A program made the translations under genes and the position numbers. From assembly GCF_009914755.1 (NCBI RefSeq), contig NC_060937.1: a stretch of DNA of 64,000 nt; one strand, written 5' to 3'. Positions 30,673-47,400 of the stretch are shown piece by piece. Each line of letters begins with the position of its first letter. The stretch's first letter is position 1. The notes beneath the pieces were generated by a model, which did not search any database, had not been told where the DNA came from, and worked only from the letters and a program-made list of their open reading frames with translations. This stretch comes from the human T2T-CHM13v2.0 reference genome, Homo sapiens.

Positions 30673-30737
30673 TTTTTTAAATTTTTTAAATTATACTTTA
30701 AGTTCTGAGATACATGTGCAGAACACGCAGATTTGTA
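30673..30737 (-). mobile_element. 65-bp L1PA 3'-end insertion with 14-bp TSD, inside a MIR
   Basis: ttatactttaagttctgagatacatgtgcagaac is the reverse L1PA terminus; TSD gtttccttattttc at 30659-30672 and 30738-30751. Confidence 0.88.
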
Positions 30738-33639
30738 GTTTCCTTATTTTCAAAATAAAGATAATAATACTTATTGAGTATGGTTTGTGAGGATTATAGG
30801 TAAAGCACCATGCCCAGTCCCTCAGCCAATGAGAACCAGGTACGGGAGAATTATTCAAGTCTCATCCTCACCTGCAAACTCCTATCTCTGCTGTGTACCC
30901 TGGACACCAGGCTGTATAGTGTGGATTTGGTGGATATGAATAGGCTCCTGAGTTTACACTCAAATTACCTGCTGGGCCTAGAGGCAAATCTGAAGAATAA
31001 GGGAGAAAGGAACCCAGTACTTACTACATCCTCACTGGTAAAGCCTATGTTAGAGTACTTTCACTTGACATTTCATTACCATTTCATCACCCCACAAAAT
31101 AGCTCAGAAAGAATCTACATCTAGGCCCATAACATGCCCCTGAATTTGATTTTTCTACCACATCACAACACAAGATTTCAAAGGAAGCATGACTAACCTC
31201 CTCACTGCAACTACGTGCTCATCTGCTAAACTTTCCCCTATTTACCGTGTAACATTCTGTAGTTAGATATAATGGACATGAAGGGTGAAAATATTTAGCA
31301 CCAAAGTCCTCATTATTTACAACACGAACTAACTGAACTAAAAAATTAATTTATTCACACAGCTATATTTATTAAGGACCTACTATATGCTCAGCACCAA
31401 GAATACAAAGATGAATAAAATAAGGTTCTTTGAAGACATCAAAAGAAAAATACATATATAAAACATCAGCTTACGTAGCTTATATAAAGCCAATCATTTA
31501 TAAAGTGGGCTGATGTTTCTATGATCCAATATAGCTGTTATCAAAACTAAATCTACAGCACTGGCCAGCACAGTGCTCAGCACAGAGAAGATATTCAGCT
31601 TTTCTTAAAATTGGAAAAATTCATCAATATGTATGAAATAATTATACATATCCATATTCAATGACTAAGTGTCATGTTGTTCACTTTTTGTGTAAGGGTA
31701 CAAAAATAAGAGTATACATGTATATTTGCTTGTGTTTGTATAGAAAAATGCAAGACAGATTCCCCTGAAACTAATACTGTGAGAATTAACATGAATGAAA
31801 ATAGGGGTGAATATATAATTTCTCAATGTATATCTTTTTATATTGTTTTGATTTCTGAATGACAAAAATATATTAGTTCTGCAAAAAAGTTATTTTTTTA
31901 AAGTCATGCTTTAGAAAATATTTTACATAAGGAAATGTCCACAATATGTTGCTTTATGAAAATGGTCTGTACATACAAAAGTATGGTCTGCAAATAAAAA
32001 AAGGTAAGAAAACATTCTGTATATACAAAATAGTATATACAGTACATACTATTATTTTCTTAAATGATACACATATACATAGTCATTTTTTAAAACACTA
32101 GATACGTTTCACAAAGATTCAAGCCATACAAAGTGTGTTCTCCGACCAAAATTAAATTAAATTAGAAATTAGTAATAAAAAGATCTTTGGAAAATCTCCA
32201 AATATTTAGAGACTAAACAGCATAATTCTACATAGCACATGGGATCATTGCTAAGTGGTATCAGTAAGATGGCTGACTTGAAGTTCCTAGCACTCCTCCC
32301 CCATAAAAAAACCAAGCCAAACAAATGAAAAAACGACATTTCCACCAAAATAAATAAAGGAGAGCCCTGGAGAACTGCAAAGGAGTAGGAGAAATCCTGT
32401 AGAGCACAGAAACCCAGGATGGCCACATAGAGAAGGAAAGGAAACTTTGCCTCTGCCAAGGATGATCTCAGCCCCTATTTGGGGATCAGCTTGGACCCAG
32501 GAGGTATTTCTCTCTGCAGGAAAAAGGTAAGCAGAAGGACACTACCAGCTCGCATCACTACTATGGATACCTGCAGTCTTTGCTACCAGAGATTCCTGCA
32601 GTCCTCACAGGCTCTGAGCCCAGCTGAGGGAGCTCCCCAGAGTACACATTCTGTGCTACTCCCAGAGAACAAACCGACACTGTGCCTTACCCCAGTCCCC
32701 TGCCTGAGCTGCTACTGTGTTGTAACCAGAGCCACTGCTCCAGTGCATCCTGTTCCAGGGATGGGTAGTCATTGCACCCCTCCATCCTGGAGGCTTTGCC
32801 ATCACTGCAGCACAGCTACCTGGTAGCCCCCAATCCCTGAATTTAGCTACTGCTATGCTCCAAGTTACCCTGAAGCTGCTCCATCCCCTGCATCCCAGAC
32901 ATTGGTGTACCCTGCCCTTCAAGGCCTGAGCTGAAGTGATGCTCTCACTGGGGACCCACAGCATCAAACTACCCCCAGACACCACACCCATGCAACATCC
33001 TATCCTCCTGGATGCCCCAACCCTCCAGCACACCAGAGAAGATGTCCTACCCAGTGCCATAGCCGACACTGTACCCTGCCTCTCAGGGACCTAGCACCTC
33101 CTCCAACCCACGTAGCTGTATATTTTAGGGCCAAGCTGATACGGCATCTTACTTCCAGGGAATCACAGCCTTGGATGAGCTGTGCCTCTGCCCTACAGGT
33201 CAAATGGCCAAAGGGCCTTTCCTCCCTAGAACAGGACTAGGAACTCAGAATCTGAGCTGCTGAGGAGCCCCACCTCCCGAGGCAGTAGACTGAGGCTGTA
33301 CTGCTCCCTGTCCCCTGGGCCGTATCTGTGCCTTGCCATTTCTGGGTTCTTGACAGTGCTGCACCTGGCTGCACAGAACCTGGGCTATTGCTGAGTGTCA
33401 CCATCCCAGCATCAAGAGTAATTAGTGTGTGACATCTCATCTCCCAGGGCTCAAGTTGCCACTGTGCCCTGTTGATTCTAGGTCCCAAATTGCAGCTGTG
33501 CCCTATTCCCTGGGGCCTGAACCTTTGAGGCTCCCCTTCTTCCCTGGAGCCATGCCAGTTCTGCACACTGCCCTCCATGGTCAGAGCCACAGCTATATTC
33601 CTGCCCCCTGGGTGTAAGCTGTTAGAAAGTGCTTCAGAG

Positions 33640-36697
<3,058 letters not shown>

Positions 36698-37614
36698 AAA
36701 GTGCTTCAGAGAAACAGACCTCAGCTTTGTGGGAGAAATGTATCCACTTTTGCCTTGGAAAGTGAACCAACACCTCAAGTCATAGTGTTTCAGTAATTTT
36801 GTAAGACCCCGGGCCTAGGAATTCTGGACCTGTGCCCCAGATCCCCGTGCTGCTGCATCTGCCTGTGGGCTGTGTCAGACTAGACATCAAGAGAGATACC
36901 CTCATCTAAGACTCTCCATTGTGGGAAAGACAAGAACAGGAGGATCCCTGAAGCTTTGGCCACTGAGGATCCTAATAACCTATGCTGCCACCATCACTGA
37001 CACAAACTCCTGCAGCCTAGACCACCAAGACACCTGTAGTCATTGCTGAAATTGATCATAACTAAAGAAGCTGTAGCTACACAGAGACTACACCACTGCT
37101 CCAACGTGCCCAACCAATATCTTCAGGCCCATCTGCAGGGGAAAGTCTTCCCCTAAAAAAGCCACTCTGTAAAGTTTGGAAGAGGTGACTGCTCTATCAA
37201 ATGCACAGAAATCAGCATCAGAACACAAACACACACACAAACACACACAAATGAAAAAGCAAAGAAACATGACACCACCAAAGGAACATAATAATTCCCC
37301 AGTAACTGACCCCAAAGAAATGGATATTTACAAATGGCCTAAAAAGGAACTCAAAAAAACAGTCTTAAGGAAATTCAGCAAGATATAAGAGAATACAGAT
37401 AGAAAATTCAATGAAAACAGGAAAACAATTTATAACCTCAGAGATTCAACAAGCAGATAGATATCATAAAAAAGAACCAAATAGAAATCTTGGAACTGGA
37501 GAATGCAGTCAATGAAATAAAAAATACAAGACAGAGCTTCAAAAATAGATGAGATCAAGCAAAACCAAAAATATCTGAACTTGAAGATAGCTCTTCTGAA
37601 ATTACCCAGTCAAA

Positions 37615-37760
37615 AGAAACAGAAACAGAAACAGGAGAGAAGAGAGGAGGGGAAGGGAGGGGAGGGGAGGAGAGGAGATGAAGGAAGGAAAAGCGGGGGG
37701 AAGGGAGGAAGGAAGAAAGGAAAAGAAAAAAGAAAGAAAAAGAAAACAGAGTGAAAAAGA
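37615..37760. repeat. GA-rich purine low-complexity tract within L1 ORF1
   Basis: gaaacagaaacagaaac...ggggaagggaggggagggg...aaagaaaaagaaaa. Confidence 0.85.
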
Positions 37761-37879
37761 GTGAAGACAGCCCATGGGACTTATGGGACACTACTAAGTG
37801 AACAAATACATTATGGGATATTCAGATGGAGAGGAGACAAAGACAGGGACAGAAAGCTTATTTAATGAAATAAATGCTG

Positions 37880-38130
37880 AGGTCCAGAATTCCTAGGCCC
37901 GGGGTCTTACAAAATTACTGAAACACTATGACTTGAGCTGTTGGTTCACTTTCCAAGGCAAAAGTGGATACAGTTCTCCCACAAAGCTGAGGTCTGTTTC
38001 TCTGAAGCACTTTCTTTTTTTTTTTTTTAATTATACTTTAAGTTCTAGGGTACATGTGCACAACGTGCAAGTCAGTTACATATGTATACATGTGCCATGT
38101 TGGTGTGCTGCACCCATTAACTCATCATTT
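37880..38130 (-). repeat. Inverted copy of 36589..36831 (L1PA 3' end, poly(A), TSD and flank)
   Basis: aggtccagaattcctaggcccgggg...ctctgaagcacttt...aactcatcattt is the reverse complement of 36589-36831 with few mismatches. Confidence 0.95.
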
Positions 38131-38825
38131 CCCAAGTATTGGAAGATATATGGACATCAGATTCATGAAGCTTAAAAGTCTCCAAACAGATTTAATCCAA
38201 TAAGCTATTCTCCAATGTACATTATAATTAGTCTGTCAGTCAAAGACAGAGAGTTTTAAAAGCAGCAAAAGAAAAGCATCAAGTCACATATAAGGGAATC
38301 CCCATTAGACTATTAGATTTCTCTGTAGAAACCATGCAGGCCAGGAGAGAATGGAATAATATATTCAAAGTACTGAAAGAAAAAAACTGCCAGTCAAAAA
38401 TACTACACCCAGAAAAAACTGCCCTTCAGAAATTAAGGAGAAATAAAGTATTTCCCAGATAAGCAAAGACTGAGAGAATTCATCACCACTGGACCTGCCT
38501 TACAAGAAATGCTTCAGGGAGTTCTTCAAGTGGAAATAAAAGAATGGTCATTAATATTATGAGTACATATTGAAGTATAAAACTCACTGGTAAATACATA
38601 ATCAAATCCAGAATACTCCGATACTGTAAACAGTGTGTAAATCATACATATCTCTAGTACGAAGGTTAAAAGTCAATTCAGTCAAAAATAACTAAAGCTA
38701 AAATAAGTTGTTAAGGAACATATAATATAAAAAGATGTAAATCTGAGGAGTGCGTAAAAGTCTAGAGTTTTTGTATGTGGCAGAAGTTAAGTTGTTATCA
38801 GCTTAAAATAGTCAATTATAAGATG

Positions 38826-40806
38826 GACTTTTGGGTGGAGCCTTCTGGAAAGGTGGCAGTGGTACAGGGGGCTGAGGTGAAAGTGGATGGCAGCAAGCCA
38901 AAACTGAGCAAGAATGAGCTGAAGAGATCCCTGAAAGCCAAGAAGAAAGTGGCAGAGAAGGAGGCCAAGCAGGAAGAACTCAGTGAGAAAGTTAAACCAG
39001 GCCACAGCTGCTGTCACCAACCATACCACTGACAGTGGTGTGGGTACTGAGGAGAAGAGCCTGGACCCAAATCAACACTACAAGATCCATAGTCAGGCAG
39101 TTTATCAACTGAATGTCAATGGGGAACACCCATACCCACACAAGTTCCATGCAGACATCTCATTCAATGACTTCATCCAAGAATATAGTCACCAGCAGCC
39201 TGGGGGTCACCTGAATGATGTCACCTTAAAGGTGGCAGGTAGGATCCATGCTAAAAGAGCTTCTGAGGGAAAGTTCATCTTCTATGACCTTCAAGGAGAG
39301 GGGGTCAAGTTGCAAGTCATGGTGAATCCCAGAAATTATAAATCAGAAGAATTTATTCATATTAGTAAGAAACTGCATCAAGGAGACATAATTGGAGTTC
39401 AGGGGAACCCTGGGAAAACCAAGAAGGGTGAGCTGAGCATCATTCCTTATGAGATCACACTGCTGTCTCCCCACATGCATATGTTACCTCATCTTCACTG
39501 TGGCCTCAAAGACCAGGAAACAAGGTATCATCAGAAATACTTGGACTTGATACTAAATGATTTTGTGAGGCAGAAATTTATCATCTGCTCTAAGATCATC
39601 ACATGTATAAGAAGTTTCTTGGATGAACTGGGATTCCTAAAGATTGAAACTCCCATGGTGAACATCATCCCGGGGGAGCTGTGGCCAAGCTTTTCATCAC
39701 TTATGACAATGCGCTGGACATGAGAATTGCTCCGGAACTCTATCATAAGATGCTAGTGGTTGGTGGCACCAAGCAGATTTATGAAACTGGATGCCAGTTC
39801 CAGAATGAAGGGATTGATTTGAGGCACAATCCTGAGTTCACCACCTGCGAGTTCTATATGGCCTATGCAGACTACCACAATCTCTTGGAAATCACAGAGA
39901 AGATGGTTTCAGGGATGGTAAAGCATATTACAGGCAGTTACAAGGTCAGCTACCACCCAGATGGCCCATAGGGCCAGGCCTATGATACTGACTTCACCCC
40001 ACCCTTCCAGAGAATCAGCATGGTAGAAGAACTTGAGAAAGCCCTGGGGGGTAAAGCTGCCAGAAACTAACCTCTTTGAAACTGATGAAACTTGCAAACT
40101 TCTTAATGATATCTGTGTGGCAAAAGCTGTTGAATGCCCTCTACCTTGGACCACAGCCAGGCTCCTTGACAAGCTTGTAGGGGAGTTCCTGGAAATGATT
40201 TGCATCAATCCTACATTAATCTGTGATCATCCACAGATAATGAGCGCTATGGCAAATGGCACCGCTCTAAAGAGAATCTGTCCAAGCACTTTGAGCTGCT
40301 TGTCATGAAGAAAGAGATAAGCGATGCCTAAACTAAGCTGAATAATCCTGTGCCGCAGCAGCGGGTTTTTGAACAACAGGCCAAAGCCAAGGCCACAGGT
40401 GATGATGAGGCCATTTCACAGATGAAAACTTCTGTACTGCCCTGGAATACGTACAGGCATGGGCATTGACCAAGTCACCATTTTTCTCAAAAGATTCCAA
40501 CAACATCAAGGAAGTACTTCTATTTCCTGCTATAAAACCCAAAGACAAGGAGAATGTAGCAACCACTGATATGCTGGAAAGCACAACAGCTGGCACTTCT
40601 GTCTAGAAAATAATAATTGCAAGTTGTATAAGTCAAGCATCTTTGCACATCTGCAAAAGATCAAGGTCTGCAAGGGAATTCTTGTGTGTTGCTTTCCATT
40701 TGACTACCACAGTTCCATTCAGCCATCAGAAGAGAGACAAGGAATTAAGAATTTCTTTTTATTCCTTGTTACCAAATAAACCATTTGTCTCCTCTCAAAA
40801 AAAAAA
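38826..40806 (+). pseudogene. KARS1P1: Processed pseudogene of cytosolic lysyl-tRNA synthetase KARS1 (probably KARS1P1; number from memory)
   Basis: Intronless, collinear with KARS1 from (M>V)AVVQGAEVKVDG (38853) to TTAGTSV-TAG (40604-40606); frameshifts at ~38990 and ~39675; TAG at 39969; motif 3 partly deleted; AATAAA 40775-40780; poly(A) 40797-40808; TSD aa(t/c)tataagatg at 38814-38825 and 40807-40818. Confidence 0.95.
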
Positions 40807-42363
40807 AACTATAAGATGTTTTATGTAAGCCTCATCATACCTGCAAAACAAAAAAGTATAGCAGATACAAAAACAATACAGAGAAAGAAATCAAAGCATA
40901 GTGTTATAGAAAATCATCAAATCACAGAGGGTAACAACAGAGAAAGAAAGGAACAAAGGATCTACAAAACAGCCAGAAAACAAATAACACAATGGAAACA
41001 GTGAGTCCTTACCTATAAATAATTATCTTGAATGTAAATAAATTATCTAAGAGTGGCTGCATGGATTTAAAAAAAGGGGGGAATTCAATTATATGCTGCC
41101 TACAAGAGACCCACTTTAGCTTTAAGGACAGACAGGACAAATGTAAAGGGATGGAAGAAGATAAGATATTCTATGGAAATGGTAACCAAAAGAAAGCATG
41201 AATGGCTATACTAATATCTAATAAAATAGACTTCACGTCAAATTCTGTCACAAGAGACAAAGAAGGTCATTATTTAATAATAAAGGAGTAAATTCTTCAA
41301 GGGAACATAACAATTATAAATATATATTCACCCAACACTGTAGCACCTAAATACATTAAAGCAAATATTAATGGACATGAAGAGATAAAGAGCAATACAA
41401 TAATCATAGAGGACTTCAATTCTCAATTTTCAACAAAGGATATATCAACCAGACAGAAAATTGATAAGGAAATACTGAGTTTGAATTGCACCTTAGACCA
41501 AATAAGCCTAACAGACATATTTGAAATTTTTCATCCAACATCAGCAGTATACACATTTATCTCTAGCATACATGAAATGGTCTCCAAAATTGTCCATGTT
41601 AGGCCAGAAAACAAGCCTTAACAAATTTAGAAAACCAAAATCATATCTAGTATCATTTCAGATCATAATGATATGAAACTAGAAAACAGTAACAGGAAGA
41701 ATCCTGGAAAATTTACAAATATGTGAAAATGAAACAACATGCTCTTGAACAACCAGTGGGCCAAGAAGAAACCAAAAGGGAAATTTTAAAATATCTTGAG
41801 ACAAATGACAATGGAAACACAGCATGCCAAAACCTGTGGGATGTAGCAAAAGCAGTTCTAAGAGCAAAGTTTACAGCAATAGATGCCTACATTAAAAAGA
41901 TTCTGAACAGTTGAACGTTATGCCTCAAGAACTCGAAAAAAAGAAATAAACCCAAAGTTAGCAGAAGAAAGGAAATAAACATCATAACAGAAATAAATCA
42001 AATAGAAAACAGAAAAACCATAGACAGAATCAACAAAACTAAGAGGTTTTTTGAAAAAATAAAACTGATAAACCTTCAGCTTGTTTAAGGGAAAAAAAAA
42101 AGAGAAGACTCAAATAAATAAAAAGTGAAAGTAAAGACATTACAACAGATGCCTCAGGAATAAAAAGGAACATAAGGGACACAAATAAATGGAAAATATC
42201 CCATGTCCATTAATATTGTGAAGATGTATATACTATCCAAAGCAGTATACAGATTCCATGCAATACCTTTCAAAATCCCAATGGCATTCTTCACAGATAG
42301 AAAAAACAATCCTAAAATATATGTGTAAAAATACAAAAGATCTCAAATAGCCAACATTTCTGA

Positions 42364-42708
<345 letters not shown>

Positions 42709-43756
42709 CTGTGTTACAAATTATGTGTGTATCAAAATATCACACTTACCCCAGAAATATGTGCAACTAGTATGTATCAGTTTTTAAAAAGGTATGATAC
42801 TGGCAAAAAAAAGACAGACACATAGACCAGTATAACAGCATAAAGAGCCTAGAAATAAATTCAAACATATACAGTCAACCAATTTTTGACAAGGGCATCA
42901 AGGACCCAATGGGGAAAGGATAGTCTCTTCAATAAATGGTGCTGAGAAAACTGGATTTCCACAGGCAAAAGAATGAAATCAGACCTTTAACCTATACCAT
43001 ATACAAAAATCAACTCTAAATGTAAGACCTGAAATATAAAATTCCTAGGAAAAAAGCTCCTGGACATTGGCCTTGGCAATGATTTCTTTTTTATTATCTC
43101 AACCAAAAGCTCAAACTACAAAAGCAAAAACAAATAAGTGAGACTACATAAAACTAAAAATCTTTTGCACAGCATAGAAAACAATCAACAAAATGAAAAG
43201 GTAACTTATCAATTAGGAAAAAAACATTTGCAATCCATATATCTGGTGAGGGGCTAATATCCAAATTTATAAAGAATTCATATAATTCAATAGTAGAAAA
43301 ACAACCCAATTTAAAAATGGGCAAAGGATTTGAATTCTCCAAAGAAGGTGTAAAAATGGCCAACAGGTATATGAAAAGGTGCTCAACATCATTAAATCAG
43401 GAGTCAGGGAAATACAAATCAAAACCACAATGAGATACCACCTCACATGTGTTAGCACGGCTATTATCAAAAAATCAAAAGATAAATGTCGGCAAGGGTG
43501 TGGAGAAAAGAGTGCGCACTGTTGGTAGACATGTAAATTGGTACAGCCATAATGGAAAACAATGTGGCCATTTCTAAAGAAATTAAAACTAGAAATACTA
43601 TATGACTCAGCAATTCTTCTGGATATATACCCAAAGGAAATAAAATCACCTCATAAAGATATCTGTACTCCATGTTCGTTGAAGCACTATTCACAATAGC
43701 AAAGATACGGAAACAACCAAAATGTCAATGGATAAATGAATAAAGAAACCATGATA

Positions 43757-44105
43757 CAGGTTGAGCAGCTCTAATCCCAAAATCATTAATTCAAAATACT
43801 CTAAAATCTGAAATGTTCTGAGTGTCGACATGACACCACAGGTGAAAAATTCCACACATTTGACTGCATGTGATAGGTCGCAGTCAAAAAGCAGGCATTC
43901 AACACCCAATTTACTAAGCATCCCCAAGGGAAAAACAGAACTACCTTCAGGCTACGTGTATAAGATATACATTAAACACAACTGGACTTCATGTTTAGAG
44001 TTGGGTCCCATCCCCGCAATGTCGCAAATATTCAAAAATTTTTAAAAATCTGAAATGCAAAATAACTCTGGTCCCAAGCATTTCAGATAAGGGATGGTCA
44101 GCTTG
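43757..44105. mobile_element. Tigger4b/MER46B-like TcMar MITE
   Basis: TA|caggttgagca ... gggatggtcagcttg|TA termini with TA duplication; internal gacatgacaccacaggtgaaaaattccaca. Confidence 0.8.
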
Positions 44106-44124
44106 TATATCTACACAATATTTA

Positions 44125-44448
<324 letters not shown>

Positions 44449-47400
44449 TTAAAAAGAAGGAAATCTTACCACTTGCCACAACATGAATGAAGTTGGAGGA
44501 CATTATGCTAAGAGAAATAAACCAGACCCAGGGTTAAAAAAAAAAAAAAAAAAAAAAAAACCCCTACATGAGCTCACTTATATGTGGAATCTGGTTGGGG
44601 CGGTGGGGTGCAGGGGGAGTAAAAAACACAGAGATACAGAAAAAAAACATTGGTTACCAGGGGTAGGGGTGGGTAGGAAATGGGGAGATACAGGTCAGAG
44701 TATTTAAATAGCAGATATGTAAGATGACCAAGTCTAGAGATCTAATGTACAATATGAGGACTATAAGTAATAAAACTGTACTGTGAAATTGTATTGAAAT
44801 TCCTCCTAAATGAGTAGTTTTTAGCTGCTTTTGCCAAACCAAAAAAAACATGAGTAACTATGTGAGATGATGGATATGTTAATTTGCTTCACTATAGTAA
44901 CCATTTTACTATCTATATATATCTCATAACATCATGTTATATGTTACATATAAAAAATTAAAAAAAAAACTAACACATGGGCAAAGAAGAAATTAAAAGG
45001 GAAATTACAAAGCTTTTTGAACTGAATGAAAGTGAAAACAATGTATCAAAAATTTTAGCATTCCACTAAAGCTGTACTTGGGGAAAATTTTACAGCACTA
45101 ATTGCCTATCCTGAGAAAACTGAAGTGTTTCCAATTAATGGCTTCAGCTTCTGCCTTAAAAGACTAGAAAAAGAAGAGAAAATGAGATCCAAAGAAAGAA
45201 AATAATATTCATCATAGCTTAAAAATCAATGCAATAGAAAACAAAAACACAAAGAAAAATGAATGAAACCAAAAGCTTGTTCTCTGAGACTAACAATAAA
45301 ATTGACAAACCTCTGGTCAGACTATTAAGAGAGAGAAGACACAATTCACCAACATCATGAATGACAGAGAGACAGACAGACAGAAAATACAGATACTTCA
45401 GATATTAAAAGGATAATAAGTGGATATTGTTAAAAAAAAAACACTTATGCTAATGTATTCCACAACTTAGAAGAAATGAACAAAGTCCTTAAAAGAGTCA
45501 GCTCCTTTTTTAGTTGACACAATTAGGGATAACTTGAATGACTATATCTATGAAAGAAACTGAATTTACAGTTAATAACCTCCCGAAAAGAAAACCCTGG
45601 GCCAAGATGGCTTCACTGATGAATTCTACCAAACATTTAAGAAAAAATATCAATTTTATACAAATTCATTCAGAAAATTGAAGAGGAGGAAATTATTCCC
45701 AATTCATTCTATGAGGTCAGTATTACCCTCATATCGAAATCTGACAAAGACATGACAAGTAAGGAAAGCTGCAGATCAATATCCTTCATAGAGATGTACA
45801 AATCCTAAACAAAATGTTCACACACTGAGTCCAATAATATATAAAAAGACTCACACATTGTTACCAAGAGGGTCTTATCCCAGGAATGAGAAGTTGAAAA
45901 GTTAGCTTAACATCTGAAAATCAATCAATGTAATTCACCACATTAATAAACAAAAAAGAAAAAGAAAAAAAAACACAAGATCATATCAAAAGACACGGAA
46001 AAAGCACTTGATGACATCCAACATCTCTTCCAGATTAAAAACTCTAAGCAAACTATGAATAGAAAAAAACGTCCTTAACTTGATAAAGAACATCCTAAAC
46101 CTTTACCTAACCTACTTAAAAATGAAAGACTAAAAACCCTTTCCCCCAACATCCGGAATAAGACGTTCTCTCTCATAACTTCTATTCAACATATTTTAAT
46201 GTTTTATATAATAAATTACATATTAAAGAGATTTTAGCAAGTACAATAAGGTAAACACATAAAAGAAATCAGAAACATCCAGATTGGAAAGGAAAAAGTA
46301 GAGCTGTCTTTATTTATGGACATGATTGTTTATATAGAAAATGTGATGCAATCTACAAAAACAAGCTCTAGAACTAATAAGCGAGTTTTGCACGGCCTCA
46401 AGATTCAAGATTAGTATACAAAAATCAACTGTACTTCTATGTTTAAGTTAAAAAGACAATATCATTTACAATAACATCAAAAAGTATGAAATACTCAAAG
46501 CATAAAGCTGACAAAACATATGCAAGACCTGTACACTGAAAACAATACAACATTGCTGAGAGAAATTAAAGATCTAAATAGAGAAATATATCTTGTTCAT
46601 GAGTTGGAAGTTTCAATAATATTAAGATAGCAATTATCTCCAAAATGATCTACAGATTTAATGCAATCCCCATTAAAAATCCCAGCAGGCTTTTTTGTTG
46701 TTTTATAAATTGACAAGTTGATTACAAATCACATATAGATGCAAAGAACTTAGAATAACCAAAACAACTTTTTAAAAGAACAAAGATGGAGAACTAACAT
46801 TATCTGATTTCCAGACTAATTGTAAAGCTACAGTAGTCAAAACAGTGAGGCACTGATGTCAAGACAGAAAAATAGATCAATGGAACAGAACAGAGTCTAA
46901 AAACAGACTCACAATACACACAGGCATCAGACTTCTGACATAACTACAAAGGCAATTCAGTGAAGAAAGGATAGTCTTGTCAGGAAATGGAGCTGAAATA
47001 ACTGGATATCCATATGCAAAAAATAAACTTTGACCCATACCCTATGCCACATACAAGAATTAACTCAAAAAAGGATGACAGACACAAATGTAAAATGCAC
47101 AAGTACAACTACATCTAGAAAAAAATGAGAAAAGAAGTCTTTGTGACCCTCGGTTAACAAAGATTTTTTAGGATTTCTTAGGTGACACCAAAAGCACAAT
47201 CCATAAAAGTAAAAACTTAGTAAGTTGGACTTCATTAAAATTTAAAACTCCTGCTCTTCAGAGAACACTATTAGGAGAATAAAAAGATAAGTCATAGACT
47301 AGAATAACATATTTGCAAATCTTATATCTGATAAAGTCCTTATATCCAGACTATATAAAGAAAAAGCAACTCAAAAAAAAAAAAACCACAAACAGCCCAC

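Noticed and set aside
37880-38130. Independent antisense L1 insertion or 3' transduction
   Set aside because: It copies the neighbouring element's exact TSD and flank and has no second poly(A) or TSD
38775-40606. Functional lysyl-tRNA synthetase gene
   Set aside because: Lost ATG, several frameshifts, in-frame TAG, motif 3 deletion, poly(A) and TSD show a processed pseudogene
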